The notes under the pieces were generated by a model. That model was given only the letters and a program-made list of their open reading frames with translations. It did no database searches and was not told the DNA's origin. Shown piece by piece: positions 49,284-58,500 of a stretch of DNA of 64,000 nucleotides. The DNA comes from a candidate division WOR-3 bacterium (GTDB lineage Bacteria; Hydrothermota; Hydrothermia; UBA1063): assembly GCA_039803305.1 (NCBI GenBank), contig JBDRYG010000001.1, positions 5 through 64,004 on the forward strand, read 5' to 3'. Every line of letters starts with the position of its first letter. Position 1 is the first letter of the stretch. The position numbers and the translations under genes were made by a program.

Positions 49284-50489
49284 TCATAAAACTAAATCTT
49301 TCGGGACATCAGTAAGGTTAACGGTTTTGCCATTTAAATCAATACAAAGGGTATCTTCTATCCTGATACCAAAACCCTTTGATGGATAATAAAGGCCAGG
49401 CTCAATGGTGAACACATCTCCTTTCTCCAAAACATGATCAGAAAACATGTTGATTACTGGAAGTTCGTGGACATCAAGGCCAACACCATGCCCTAAGCTG
49501 TGAACATACCCCTCCTGAGCCTGCTGATTCTTTCTGAGGGTCTCATGCCCTTTCCCCTCGAAATAATCTAGAACCAGTTCTTCCAATTCTTTGCACGGTT
49601 TCCCTTCTTTTGCATTTTCTAAAGCTTTTTCTTGTATTTCTTTCACCTGCTCAAAAGCTTCAATTACCTCATGAGAAGGTTCTCCAAAGGAGTAAGTTCT
49701 TGTCATGTCAAAAAAGAAACCTCCACCATATTCATGAGGATAAATATCAAAAACAATAGGCACTCCAACTCTTATCGGTTCTTCGTCATTTCCGTGATTG
49801 TGAGGAACCCCACCGTCTCTTCCCTGTGCAATTATCATACCCGCACCATCAATAAGCCCCTGATCGATCAATTCCCTTCTAAGATACTGCCTTGCCATAC
49901 CAATGGTAAATGGGCGCCCATTATCCTCAAGAATCCCATTCTTTCGCGAAAGGGCTTTCAAATATTCTATTAGTCTTAAAAAGGCAGATTGAGTTCTCTT
50001 AGCAACGCTCTTTATTTTTTCAATCTCTTCCTCTGTCTTTCTCCTTCTTGCCATATAAACCAAGTCCTGCTTTAACGGTGGAAAATCGATATTTGAAAAC
50101 TCCTTCTGAAGTCTCTGGAAAACATTAATTACGTTATTATTGAATCTTTCGGATTGAATTGATAATTTTCCACTGACACCGAAGGTCTGAAAAATCTTTT
50201 TATAATAAGCAAGGCCTCTTTCAACTGGATCTTTTATAAAGTTTACTTCTTTCAGATTAAGGGTAGAAAAGGGAATTTTCTCATAATCTACAAGATGAGC
50301 TACATTGTCTCTCTCCATGTCAACATACAAAAGTATCGGCTTCCCGCGCCTTGGTTTGAGGACGATTCCAGAACCTATGTGAGCACCCTTTGTAAGATAA
50401 AAGATTGAGGTAGATGACTTACCACCCTCTACCATCAACCAATCAATTCCATTTTGCTCCATCAATTCATCTAAATAGCTATAGTTCAT
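49284..50489 (-). CDS. M24 family metallopeptidase (Xaa-Pro aminopeptidase/dipeptidase-like)
   Basis: Pita-bread metal-ligand region HSLGHGVGLDVHELP and FTIEPGLY. Confidence 0.7.
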   Translation of the reverse strand: MNYSYLDELMEQNGIDWLMVEGGKSSTSIFYLTKGAHIGSGIVLKPRRGKPILLYVDMERDNVAHLVDYEKIPFSTLNLKEVNFIKDPVERGLAYYKKIFQTFGVSGKLSIQSERFNNNVINVFQRLQKEFSNIDFPPLKQDLVYMARRRKTEEEIEKIKSVAKRTQSAFLRLIEYLKALSRKNGILEDNGRPFTIGMARQYLRRELIDQGLIDGAGMIIAQGRDGGVPHNHGNDEEPIRVGVPIVFDIYPHEYGGGFFFDMTRTYSFGEPSHEVIEAFEQVKEIQEKALENAKEGKPCKELEELVLDYFEGKGHETLRKNQQAQEGYVHSLGHGVGLDVHELPVINMFSDHVLEKGDVFTIEPGLYYPSKGFGIRIEDTLCIDLNGKTVNLTDVPKDLVL

Positions 50490-50528
50490 ATCGAAATTTT
50501 AAATTTTGGATTTCGAATAAGCAAAAAG

Positions 50529-51788
50529 CTAAATCACTGGCCTCAATAGTTCAATTAACCTCTCGATGATACTTTGGTACCCAGCATCTTCAGCATCATA
50601 TGTTGTGATACTGGCGGAAAATCTAATATTTTTACAAGGAGGAAAAGTGCTGGTTTTCAACAAATTCACTACTCTGGTATACACAGTGTCTGTGCCCTCA
50701 GAATTTGTAAAAGGTAAAAGAATAACGAACGAATTCTTACCAAATCTTCCAATAACATCTGTTCTCCTAAGGTTCTGAATTAATGTTTGGGCAATTTTTT
50801 GAACTGAGCTTTCCACAGCATAACTTCCATAGATATTTACCAACTTATCATAGTTCTCAATTCTGAGCATCATTGTCGAGAAGGTGAATCCATATCTTTT
50901 TGCTTGTTCACACTGAAGATTAAGCAACTCTTTTAAAATTGCCTCACTAAAGGTCTGGCTCACGGTATCTTTATAAGCAAGAGCTCCAAATTCCTTTTTG
51001 TATTCCATCTTTTGGTACACAATAGAGTAGAAGTAAGAGAAGAAGACGAGAAGATCATGCTCTTCGGGCGATGGATTTTTAGATTTCTCAAATATCAAAA
51101 GCACTATCGAATCGACAAAATCCTCATCTAAGCCAAAGGGAATAATCCAAGTTGACTCGTAATCCAAAATCTCGAGTAACACTTTGATCACAGGCCACTC
51201 GAAATAGCCTTTGTCGGCTACTATTGGGTACCCTATAGATAGTAAACCTTCCGACTCAATTCCCAGATTAATCTTATCTCGTAGTTCTCTGTGGCTGTCA
51301 TCGGTGCTAAAAACGGGGAAAAATATGGAAGGCTGATTTTTACTTCTTTTAAAAAGCAAAACTGACTTGGAATCAAAGATACTTTGCAGAACCGGGAATG
51401 TGTCGGCAACCACCTGGGGAAAGGAGTTAGCCTTTAAACTCGTGTCAAATACATCTCTCAATTTTGTCAAGATCGCCGAGGTCGGTGCAGCCTCTAACTG
51501 TTCTAACTTTGAAAAGGAAAAAACAAGGAACTCAAATCCTTCAACTTCAAATTTTTGGGAGAATACCTGGAAAAACTCGCCTCTTACCATAGTTTTGTAT
51601 TCTAGGTTATCTCTGATCTCTATGTTAATTATTTCCTTAAGATTAATCCCAATTAGATCATCGCGCTGTACTTCAAAAAGCATTGCAAATCCAATAGAAG
51701 CATCAAGAATGTTCCCATTGAAATCTGTCAAAACAATGGGAAGAGGGCTTGCACCAAAAGCAGACTTATAAAGTTCCCTTTCAAACAT
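50529..51788 (-). CDS. Sensor protein with C-terminal degenerate GGDEF domain (GKNSF in place of GG[DE]EF; RxxD I-site retained) and N-terminal PAS/GAF-like region
   Basis: C-terminal ...NLRRTDVIGRFGKNSFVILLPFT... aligns to the canonical ...RxxDxxxRYGGEEFxxxLP...; also RIENYDKLVNIYG in place of IDIDHFKxIND. Confidence 0.6.
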   Translation of the reverse strand: MFERELYKSAFGASPLPIVLTDFNGNILDASIGFAMLFEVQRDDLIGINLKEIINIEIRDNLEYKTMVRGEFFQVFSQKFEVEGFEFLVFSFSKLEQLEAAPTSAILTKLRDVFDTSLKANSFPQVVADTFPVLQSIFDSKSVLLFKRSKNQPSIFFPVFSTDDSHRELRDKINLGIESEGLLSIGYPIVADKGYFEWPVIKVLLEILDYESTWIIPFGLDEDFVDSIVLLIFEKSKNPSPEEHDLLVFFSYFYSIVYQKMEYKKEFGALAYKDTVSQTFSEAILKELLNLQCEQAKRYGFTFSTMMLRIENYDKLVNIYGSYAVESSVQKIAQTLIQNLRRTDVIGRFGKNSFVILLPFTNSEGTDTVYTRVVNLLKTSTFPPCKNIRFSASITTYDAEDAGYQSIIERLIELLRPVI

Positions 51789-51839
51789 TTTTTTATTATA
51801 CGCACCGCCTTCTGATTTATCAAGTCAAAAAGCATTAAA

Positions 51840-54728
51840 TTGACTGAATATGTTATTAAACCTATAATTTTACATAACTTGGAGGGCATGATGCGCAGTG
51901 AGGATAGGTTAAAGTGGATCATTTTTGCAATAATATCCTTCGGAATGTGGTTACTCTTCTTCCTGACAACAGCACCAACGATTGTCTTCTGGGATGTAGG
52001 TGAGTTTTTAGCATGCTCAGCTATATTTGGCGTTCCTCATCCACCAGGAACACCTCTATATGTACTTTTGGGACGATTTATGACGATCCTTCCGTTACCT
52101 TTAGATCAACTTTATAAACTTATTTATCCCCATTCTTTTCCCGTAAATACTGTGCTCAAAATAACTTTGATTGCAATGGTCACAGGTGCATTAACAGCCG
52201 GTTTTGTATATCTCATACTTTTCGATTTAGTAAGGCTTATATTTAAGGAAACACCACCCATTCTTGCCCATATAGCCGGAATATTTGCAGGACTTATGTC
52301 CATGCTTGCAAAAGTCAACTGGGAGAATTCCATTGAGGCTGAAACTTATACACCATCAAACTTTATTATTGTAGCCTTAACATGGCTTGCTTTAAAGTGG
52401 TATAAAGAAAAGGATGACCCTGCCTCAACGAGGTATTTAATATTCTCTGGATACATACTTACGGCAGGGATAGGATTTCATTTGACCTCTTTTGCATTCT
52501 TTCCTGCCCTTTTACTTTTTACCTTTGTTATTAAAAAAGAACTATACTTAGATAAATTAACTATAGGACTTCTTGGGTTGACTTTCTTCCTACTTTCATC
52601 GCTGCAAATTGCCTATGAACCTAGCACTTTAGGATTCGCTGTACTCATCATAGGCATAGCTTTGCTGACATATTATCTTTTCACCACATCCTTTAAAAGG
52701 CTTAAATCATCGGAAACACCTTATGAAATAGCGTGGGTAATTCTTGCAATTATTTATATCGCAGGTCTTTTTACAAAAAGCCCTTATCTGATTTTGGGAC
52801 CCGCAATTTTAATCTCCATTTTATTCTATGTTGAGACTAAAGCTTACAGAGACTGGAAGGGCCTTGCTGTAATCTTCATGTTTATCGGTTTTTTACTGGA
52901 AATCACAATGGTACTACGAGCAATCCATAATCCATACATAAATGAGGCAGATCCTTCTACTTTCAAAGCGTTCATGGATGTATTGACAAGGAAACAATAT
53001 GGTCCTATGAATATGCTTCCCAGAAAGATTCCTTTGGTTGAACAACTTGGAAACTACTGGGTATACTTCTCATGGCAATATCAGCAACTTCTGATCCCAA
53101 TAACAATACTTGCCATTTTTGGAGTTATAATCCACATTACAAGTGATAGAAAAACCCTGGCACTTGTTGGTTTTACCTTTTTAATTCTGAGTCTTGGATT
53201 CCTCTGGTATCTCAATCTAAAAGATTCTCCTTCACAGCCGGTTAATCCTCTTAACCTGAGAGAAGGCCTTACAGAAGTAAGAGATAGAGACTATTTCTAC
53301 TCAGGAGCCTACATTTTCACTGCACTCTATGCGGGCCTTGGTTTATTCATGCTATTAAAACTTATGTTTGAAAATATGAAGAAAAAGGCACTAATTCCTA
53401 CCACTTTTGGTGCATTTGTCACAGCGGGAGCCACTTTTGGTCAAATTTATGTCTATTATCCTCAGATTGATAGACATGGTAACTATTTAGCTGAGGATTA
53501 TGCGTACAACCTTTTGATTTCGCCAGGATCGGAGGAAAAATGTATTTTATTTACCAATGGTGACAACGACACTTTTCCACTCTGGGCAAATCAAACAGTT
53601 CTTGGAATTGGTAAAAATGTTATCATCGCGAACATGAGTCTTCTCAACACCAACTGGCACATATACCAGATAAAAAAGCAAGGAGCGCCGATAAGTTTCC
53701 CTGATTCTATTATATGGAAGCTTCCGCCGGTTTTCCCCACAATGGATGGCAGTGTAATGTACCTTGTCGACCTAATGATTCGAGATCTGATCGCAACTTC
53801 AGCAGGTTATACTACAAACGACTATATAACAATCAATCCAGCAAAAATTTTCCCAAGGTATGGGTTTGAAAATGTGGACATTAAGATCCCTCGGGTATAT
53901 CTTTTAAGTAAAGAAGAGTTTGCAAGAGAAGTAATTGAAAAGGCTGACAGCTTTAAAATACCGATATTTTTCTCCATGACAGTTTCTTCCCAACATTACG
54001 ACGGGTGGAACAGTTATCTAAGATTGGAAGGAATGGCAATGAGGGTAATGAATAGACCATTAAAGACGTTGAATGAGATTAAGGAAGGGATTGACCTACA
54101 AAGAACTATTTACTTAACAAGAGCAGGAATGCCGTTCCGGGAGTACATTGAAAAATACGGCGAAATAATTCCACCATTCGAAAGCTACAGATACAGAGGG
54201 GTATTTAACAGAAAAGTATACAAAGATGACAACCAAGAGAGAATGATAAGGAACTATGCAAGTGTATGTTTTAGAACTGCCCTTTATTTCGAAAATGAGG
54301 GTAATTTAAAAGAGGCAAGAGATGAATGGGATTTCGCGAGAGAGCTTATTAAACAAGTTCGACTTGATCAGTCTGCAATTCAACGAGAATTACCTTTCAT
54401 TTACTACAAAATTGCGGATCTCTCCTTGAAAACGGGTGATTATAAAAAGGCTATTGAGACCATAGACGAAATTAGTGAATCCTTACAAATCAGTACTTTT
54501 TATGTCATAAAAGCTAAAGCACTTCTCGGCTTGGGAAAACTTGATGAGGCAATCTCCAATCTCGAGGCAGCAGTGCAACTCAATCCACAAGACCTTGAAG
54601 CGTACCAAAATTTAGCAGAACTTTATTTGAAAAAAGGTGAACTAGGAAAAGCAAAAAAGATTATTGATGAAATTTTAAAAATTGACTCCACAAACAGGTG
54701 GGCAAAAGAAATGGCAAAAACTTTTTAA
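51840..54728 (+). CDS. DUF2723/TMEM260-like polytopic membrane protein (predicted GT-C fold glycosyltransferase) with C-terminal TPR repeats; the likely true start is the ATGATG at about 51888
   Basis: N-terminal WDVGEF...HPPGTPLY DUF2723 hallmark, at least 10 TM helices, C-terminal TPR-like repeats (LGLGKLDEAISNLEAAVQLNPQDLEAYQNLAELYLKKG); the ORF track begins at a TTG, and GGAGGG precedes the ATGATG. Confidence 0.65.
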   Translation: MTEYVIKPIILHNLEGMMRSEDRLKWIIFAIISFGMWLLFFLTTAPTIVFWDVGEFLACSAIFGVPHPPGTPLYVLLGRFMTILPLPLDQLYKLIYPHSFPVNTVLKITLIAMVTGALTAGFVYLILFDLVRLIFKETPPILAHIAGIFAGLMSMLAKVNWENSIEAETYTPSNFIIVALTWLALKWYKEKDDPASTRYLIFSGYILTAGIGFHLTSFAFFPALLLFTFVIKKELYLDKLTIGLLGLTFFLLSSLQIAYEPSTLGFAVLIIGIALLTYYLFTTSFKRLKSSETPYEIAWVILAIIYIAGLFTKSPYLILGPAILISILFYVETKAYRDWKGLAVIFMFIGFLLEITMVLRAIHNPYINEADPSTFKAFMDVLTRKQYGPMNMLPRKIPLVEQLGNYWVYFSWQYQQLLIPITILAIFGVIIHITSDRKTLALVGFTFLILSLGFLWYLNLKDSPSQPVNPLNLREGLTEVRDRDYFYSGAYIFTALYAGLGLFMLLKLMFENMKKKALIPTTFGAFVTAGATFGQIYVYYPQIDRHGNYLAEDYAYNLLISPGSEEKCILFTNGDNDTFPLWANQTVLGIGKNVIIANMSLLNTNWHIYQIKKQGAPISFPDSIIWKLPPVFPTMDGSVMYLVDLMIRDLIATSAGYTTNDYITINPAKIFPRYGFENVDIKIPRVYLLSKEEFAREVIEKADSFKIPIFFSMTVSSQHYDGWNSYLRLEGMAMRVMNRPLKTLNEIKEGIDLQRTIYLTRAGMPFREYIEKYGEIIPPFESYRYRGVFNRKVYKDDNQERMIRNYASVCFRTALYFENEGNLKEARDEWDFARELIKQVRLDQSAIQRELPFIYYKIADLSLKTGDYKKAIETIDEISESLQISTFYVIKAKALLGLGKLDEAISNLEAAVQLNPQDLEAYQNLAELYLKKGELGKAKKIIDEILKIDSTNRWAKEMAKTF

Positions 54729-54741
54729 TTAGGAGGTAAAA

Positions 54742-55869
54742 ATGGCTCACGCTTATACACCGGGTTTGAAAGTTACGAGAAAAACAATTTTGAGGAAAGA
54801 AAGAAGGCTTCCATTACCGGGAGAGGTGATAGTAAAAGTCGGCGATAAGGTTAAAGCCGAGGATATTGTCGCCAAAACGGAATTACCCGGTAATGTTCAG
54901 CCAATAAATGTTGCGGGGCTCCTTTCAATTGCACCGCAGGAAATAGAGAGCGTAATGCTGAAAAAAGTTAATGAATTCGTTAAAAAAGGAGAACCAATAG
55001 CTGAATCTAAAAGCTTTTTTGGGCTTTTTAAAAACAGTGTTACATCTCCAGTAGACGGTATTATCGAGAGTATTTCGAATATAACGGGACAGGTAATTTT
55101 AAGAGAACCACCAATACCAATTACAGTAAACGCATATATCGATGGAGAAGTAAAGGAGGTAATACCTAACGAAGGTGTTGTTGTGGAAACGGTTGCTAGT
55201 TTCATCCAAGGAATATTTGGAATAGGAGGCGAGACCATAGGTGAAATTTATGTAGCTGCCTCAACTCCAGATGAAGAGTTAACCGAGGAAAAGATAAAAG
55301 AAGAAATGAAAGGTAAAATTGTTGTAGGTGGCAGTTTTGTGACTGCAGCAGCCCTAAGAAAGGCGGTATCCTATGGTGTAAAGGGTATTGTAGTAGGTGC
55401 AATTGATGACAAAAATCTAAAAGAATTTCTTGGCTATGACATCGGTGTCGCTATTACAGGAAATGAGCAAAAGGGCATTACCCTGATGATAACAGAAGGT
55501 TTTGGAAAACTTGCTATGGCAAAGAGAACTTTTGAACTCTTTAAAGAGCTAAACGGTAAAAAAGCTTCTATGAATGGTGCAACGCAAATAAGAGCAGGGG
55601 TAATAAGGCCTGAAGTTATAGTGGCTCTCGAAGGCGAGACCTACGAAGCGAAGGAAGAAGCAGAAGAACTTAAAGAAGGACTTGTAGTCGGGACCATGGT
55701 AAGGGTCATAAGAGAGCCTTACTTTGGCAGGATAGGTAAAGTTACCGCCCTCCCGCCTGAACTAAGAGTAATTGAAACTGAGGCAAAAGTCAGAGTTTTA
55801 GAGATAGAATTTGATGATGGTAAAAAAGTAATCGTTCCCAGAGCCAATGTGGAGATAATCGAAGAATAA
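54742..55869 (+). CDS. Hypothetical protein with an N-terminal barrel-sandwich-hybrid-like region and a central Rossmann-like segment; function unknown
   Basis: VIVKVGDKVKAEDIVAKTE...TSPVDGIIESISNITGQVILR resembles the biotinyl/lipoyl-like (RnfC_N / NqrA_N-type) fold; GKIVVGGSFVTAAALRKAVSYGVKGIVVGA glycine-rich beta-alpha-beta; 13-nt gap after the DUF2723 gene. Confidence 0.3.
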   Translation: MAHAYTPGLKVTRKTILRKERRLPLPGEVIVKVGDKVKAEDIVAKTELPGNVQPINVAGLLSIAPQEIESVMLKKVNEFVKKGEPIAESKSFFGLFKNSVTSPVDGIIESISNITGQVILREPPIPITVNAYIDGEVKEVIPNEGVVVETVASFIQGIFGIGGETIGEIYVAASTPDEELTEEKIKEEMKGKIVVGGSFVTAAALRKAVSYGVKGIVVGAIDDKNLKEFLGYDIGVAITGNEQKGITLMITEGFGKLAMAKRTFELFKELNGKKASMNGATQIRAGVIRPEVIVALEGETYEAKEEAEELKEGLVVGTMVRVIREPYFGRIGKVTALPPELRVIETEAKVRVLEIEFDDGKKVIVPRANVEIIEE

Positions 55870-55881
55870 TAGGAGTATCAA

Positions 55882-57087
55882 ATGATAAGAGATAATAAAC
55901 TACAGGTTGCAAAAATTGTTAATAGAATTGAGGAATCAGCATCATTCTCAGTACTCGGAAAGGCTAAAGAACTGGAAAAAAGGGGCGAAAGGGTAATCCA
56001 CCTGGAGATAGGTGAACCCGATTTTACTCCACCTAAAGAATCAATAGAATCTTTAATAGAATCCTTGAACCGAGGTGAAACACACTATACGACAGCACAG
56101 GGAATTATCGAATTACGGGAGGAAATAGCAAGATATGAAAAAAGGTTCCGAAACATAGATATTTCACCTTCTCAGGTCGTTATTACCCCGGGAGCTAAGC
56201 CTATGATTCTCTTTGCGCTCCTTTCCGCAATTAATCCCGGTGAAGAGGTCCTCTACCCTGATCCAGGCTATCTTTCTTATAAGAGTCTCATCAGATTTAT
56301 GGGGGCAATTCCTGTACCTTATAGGTTGGATAAAAACCGAAATTTTGCTATTGATTTTGAAGATCTAAGGAGAAAAATCACTAAAAAAACGACTTGCATA
56401 ATCATAAATAGTCCATCCAACCCAACGGGGATGGTCCATACGAGAGAAGAACTTGAGGAGATTTTAAAAATCGCTGAGGATCATAATCTTCTCATAATAT
56501 CTGATGAAGTATACTCACGCATATATTTTGATGGAAACCAGCATATCAGCATTATGAACCTCACCGATAATTACAGCAACATAATCCTTATAGATGCCTT
56601 CTCTAAAACCTATGCAATGACAGGTTTTAGACTTGGCTACGGTATTGTACCCAAAGAGCTTGTCAGCGCAATAGTTAAACTAATTCAGAACTCATTCTCG
56701 TGTGTTCCTGAGTTCGTTCAAAGAGCAGGTATCACTGCGCTGCAAAAAGGAGAATATTTTATAGACAATATGGTTTCAGCCTTCGCTGAAAGAAGAGACA
56801 AAATGTTCGAAATTCTAAGCCAAGTAAAAGGACTCAAAGTTCACAAGCCTCAGGGATCATTTTATTTCTTCCCTGAAATTCTCGTAAATATTTCTTCCGC
56901 AGACTATGCTGATTATGCTTTGTCTAATTACAAAATTGCACTCCTACCCGGGGAAGCTTTTGGCGAAAACGGAGAAGGACACATAAGAATTTCTTTTGCT
57001 AATTCCCTTGAAAACCTTCTGGAGGCTGCCTATAGAATCGCAGAGAGTATAGAAAAATTGGAAAAAGAGCGAGGATTTAAAGCTTAA
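55882..57087 (+). CDS. Class I/II PLP-dependent aminotransferase (aspartate aminotransferase-like)
   Basis: SKTYAMTGFRLGY PLP-lysine motif, SPSNPTG, 401 aa. Confidence 0.75.
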   Translation: MIRDNKLQVAKIVNRIEESASFSVLGKAKELEKRGERVIHLEIGEPDFTPPKESIESLIESLNRGETHYTTAQGIIELREEIARYEKRFRNIDISPSQVVITPGAKPMILFALLSAINPGEEVLYPDPGYLSYKSLIRFMGAIPVPYRLDKNRNFAIDFEDLRRKITKKTTCIIINSPSNPTGMVHTREELEEILKIAEDHNLLIISDEVYSRIYFDGNQHISIMNLTDNYSNIILIDAFSKTYAMTGFRLGYGIVPKELVSAIVKLIQNSFSCVPEFVQRAGITALQKGEYFIDNMVSAFAERRDKMFEILSQVKGLKVHKPQGSFYFFPEILVNISSADYADYALSNYKIALLPGEAFGENGEGHIRISFANSLENLLEAAYRIAESIEKLEKERGFKA

Positions 57088-57340
57088 TTAATAGATAGAT
57101 CACAAACAAAGCAAAAATAACCGAAAAAATACTTATGGAAAAGAAAAAGGAAAAACTAAAACCAAAAATGTACAAGTTTAAGTTTACTTGAGGAATTCCT
57201 ATTCTGATTTCGTTAAAAACAACTTCCCTTGCGTGGCTTGCTGGAAAAACATGATACAGGACTTTTCCAACCACACTACCCATTATAAGCCCTAAAATCG
57301 TGGCGGTAAAAACGTTTTTTGAATCTCTTTTCAGTAACAT
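57077..57340 (-). CDS. Possible small membrane protein (87 aa from the internal Met); the N-terminal part of the track ORF is spurious because it runs through two tRNA genes
   Basis: Two hydrophobic helices (ATILGLIMGSVVGKVLY, IFGFSFSFFFSISIFSVIFALFVIYLL); ATG at 57338-57340 (minus). Confidence 0.25.
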   Translation of the reverse strand: MLLKRDSKNVFTATILGLIMGSVVGKVLYHVFPASHAREVVFNEIRIGIPQVNLNLYIFGFSFSFFFSISIFSVIFALFVIYLLIKL

Positions 57341-57353
57341 TTCGATGGATAAA

Positions 57354-57437
57354 TGCCGGGGGCGGGACTTGAACCCGCACGGGATTTTGTCCCAGGGGAT
57401 TTTAAGTCCCCTGCGTCTGCCTTTCCGCCACCCCGGC
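57354..57437 (-). tRNA. tRNA-Leu (anticodon UAA), type II with long variable arm
   Basis: Reverse complement GCCGGGGTGGCGGAAAGGCAGACGCAGGGGACTTAAAATCCCC...GGTTCAAGTCCCGCCCCCGGCA folds with a 7-bp acceptor stem, anticodon loop CUUAAAA and a GTTCAAGTC T-arm. Confidence 0.85.
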
Positions 57438-57439
57438 AT

Positions 57440-57513
57440 AGGCGACGCCCGGATTCGAACCGGGGAATAGCGGTTTTGCAAACCGCCGCCTTAGACCACT
57501 TGGCTACGTCGCC
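57440..57513 (-). tRNA. tRNA-Cys (anticodon GCA)
   Basis: Reverse complement GGCGACGTAGCCAAGTGGTCTAAGGCGGCGGTTTGCAAAACCGC...GGTTCGAATCCGGGCGTCGCCT: anticodon loop UUGCAAA, GTTCGAATC T-loop, U73 discriminator typical of tRNA-Cys. Confidence 0.85.
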
Positions 57514-57553
57514 ATGTTAGAAAATTATACAAAATGAAATCCGTATATGCAAT

Positions 57554-57904
57554 TTACTCCAAAAGCTCCCTAATTTCCTCTTTACCCTTTTCAAGGTCTC
57601 TAAGTTGTTCTTCATCATTTCTCAGAAGCATTTCCAGAAACTCTCCAACATGCACTTTCTCCTCGTGCGCGACATCCAGCAGAACCTTCTTTATATTTGG
57701 ATTTTCAGTGATACTTGCTAACTGCTCATACAGATTAATAGCATCCAGCTCCGCAATGATGGCCAGCCTTAATATTTCCCTATCCTTTTTGGCTGCATCA
57801 AGATCTTTTATCTCCCCTGGGTTCTTAGACAGCATTATTCCCTCCTTTTTCATGTGTAAATTATAAACTAACGTAAGCCAAATAATTGAAAATAATTTAA
57901 CCAT
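57554..57904 (-). CDS. Small ferritin-like (four-helix-bundle, diiron-type) protein; start probably the internal Met (MLSKNPGE)
   Basis: ELDAINLYEQ ... HEEKVHVGEF paired E/ExxH ligand motifs spaced as in ferritin-like/rubrerythrin-like domains. Confidence 0.45.
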   Translation of the reverse strand: MVKLFSIIWLTLVYNLHMKKEGIMLSKNPGEIKDLDAAKKDREILRLAIIAELDAINLYEQLASITENPNIKKVLLDVAHEEKVHVGEFLEMLLRNDEEQLRDLEKGKEEIRELLE

Positions 57905-57944
57905 TTTCCTTTGAAGTTCCTGTTCCAGACTTCAAAATGTTCAT

Positions 57945-58463
57945 ATGCGAAAACTCTATTTAATTATTATTTTTTTATTATTCTCTGCATCCTGTGCCCC
58001 CAGAAAAGTGATGCATAAAAAGCCGGCAATTGAAGAAATCCAAGAAAATCTCACGTACATTTATAATTTTTTTGCATCGGAACAGAGAACGGCAGAATTC
58101 ACAATATTAATGGGCGAAACACAATTTAAAGGCACAGTATCACTAACAAGGCGCGACTCAGAGTGGATATTTATATTAAAAAGCCCTTTATATCCTGGAA
58201 TCTACAAAATTCTTGAAGATACAATACCTGTTTTGGGGTATATCAAAGATGGTATCCAAAAAATCCCGCACAGATTTGTGGGATCCACGCTTATCTTAGA
58301 TCTCCCAGATGGCCCGATAAATATAGAAGTAGAAAATAATTTGCCAGTGTTGGTAAGATTCAACAGGACCTTAGTTATAATAAATTACACAAAAAATAAA
58401 ATACCGCGTACTATTAAAATCCAGTCGGAGAACACAACTCTACTTATTAGTTTAAAGATTTGA
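57945..58463 (+). CDS. Putative lipoprotein (lipobox LFSASC) of unknown function
   Basis: Signal peptide MRKLYLIIIFLLFSASC with Cys at +1 of the SPase II site; beta-rich mature region. Confidence 0.45.
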   Translation: MRKLYLIIIFLLFSASCAPRKVMHKKPAIEEIQENLTYIYNFFASEQRTAEFTILMGETQFKGTVSLTRRDSEWIFILKSPLYPGIYKILEDTIPVLGYIKDGIQKIPHRFVGSTLILDLPDGPINIEVENNLPVLVRFNRTLVIINYTKNKIPRTIKIQSENTTLLISLKI

Positions 58464-58500
58464 AATTCATAAAACATATTGGATGTGGTAAAATTAAACT

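Noticed and set aside
57341-57481. N-terminal part of track ORF 57077-57481 (minus)
   Set aside because: It runs through the tRNA-Leu and tRNA-Cys genes, so the translation there is an artefact. Only the portion downstream of the internal Met at 57340 is kept, as a low-confidence small protein.
57534-57866. 110-aa Ser-rich ORF on the plus strand
   Set aside because: It is antisense to the ferritin-like gene, with an extreme Ser/Leu/Phe bias characteristic of a reverse-frame artefact.
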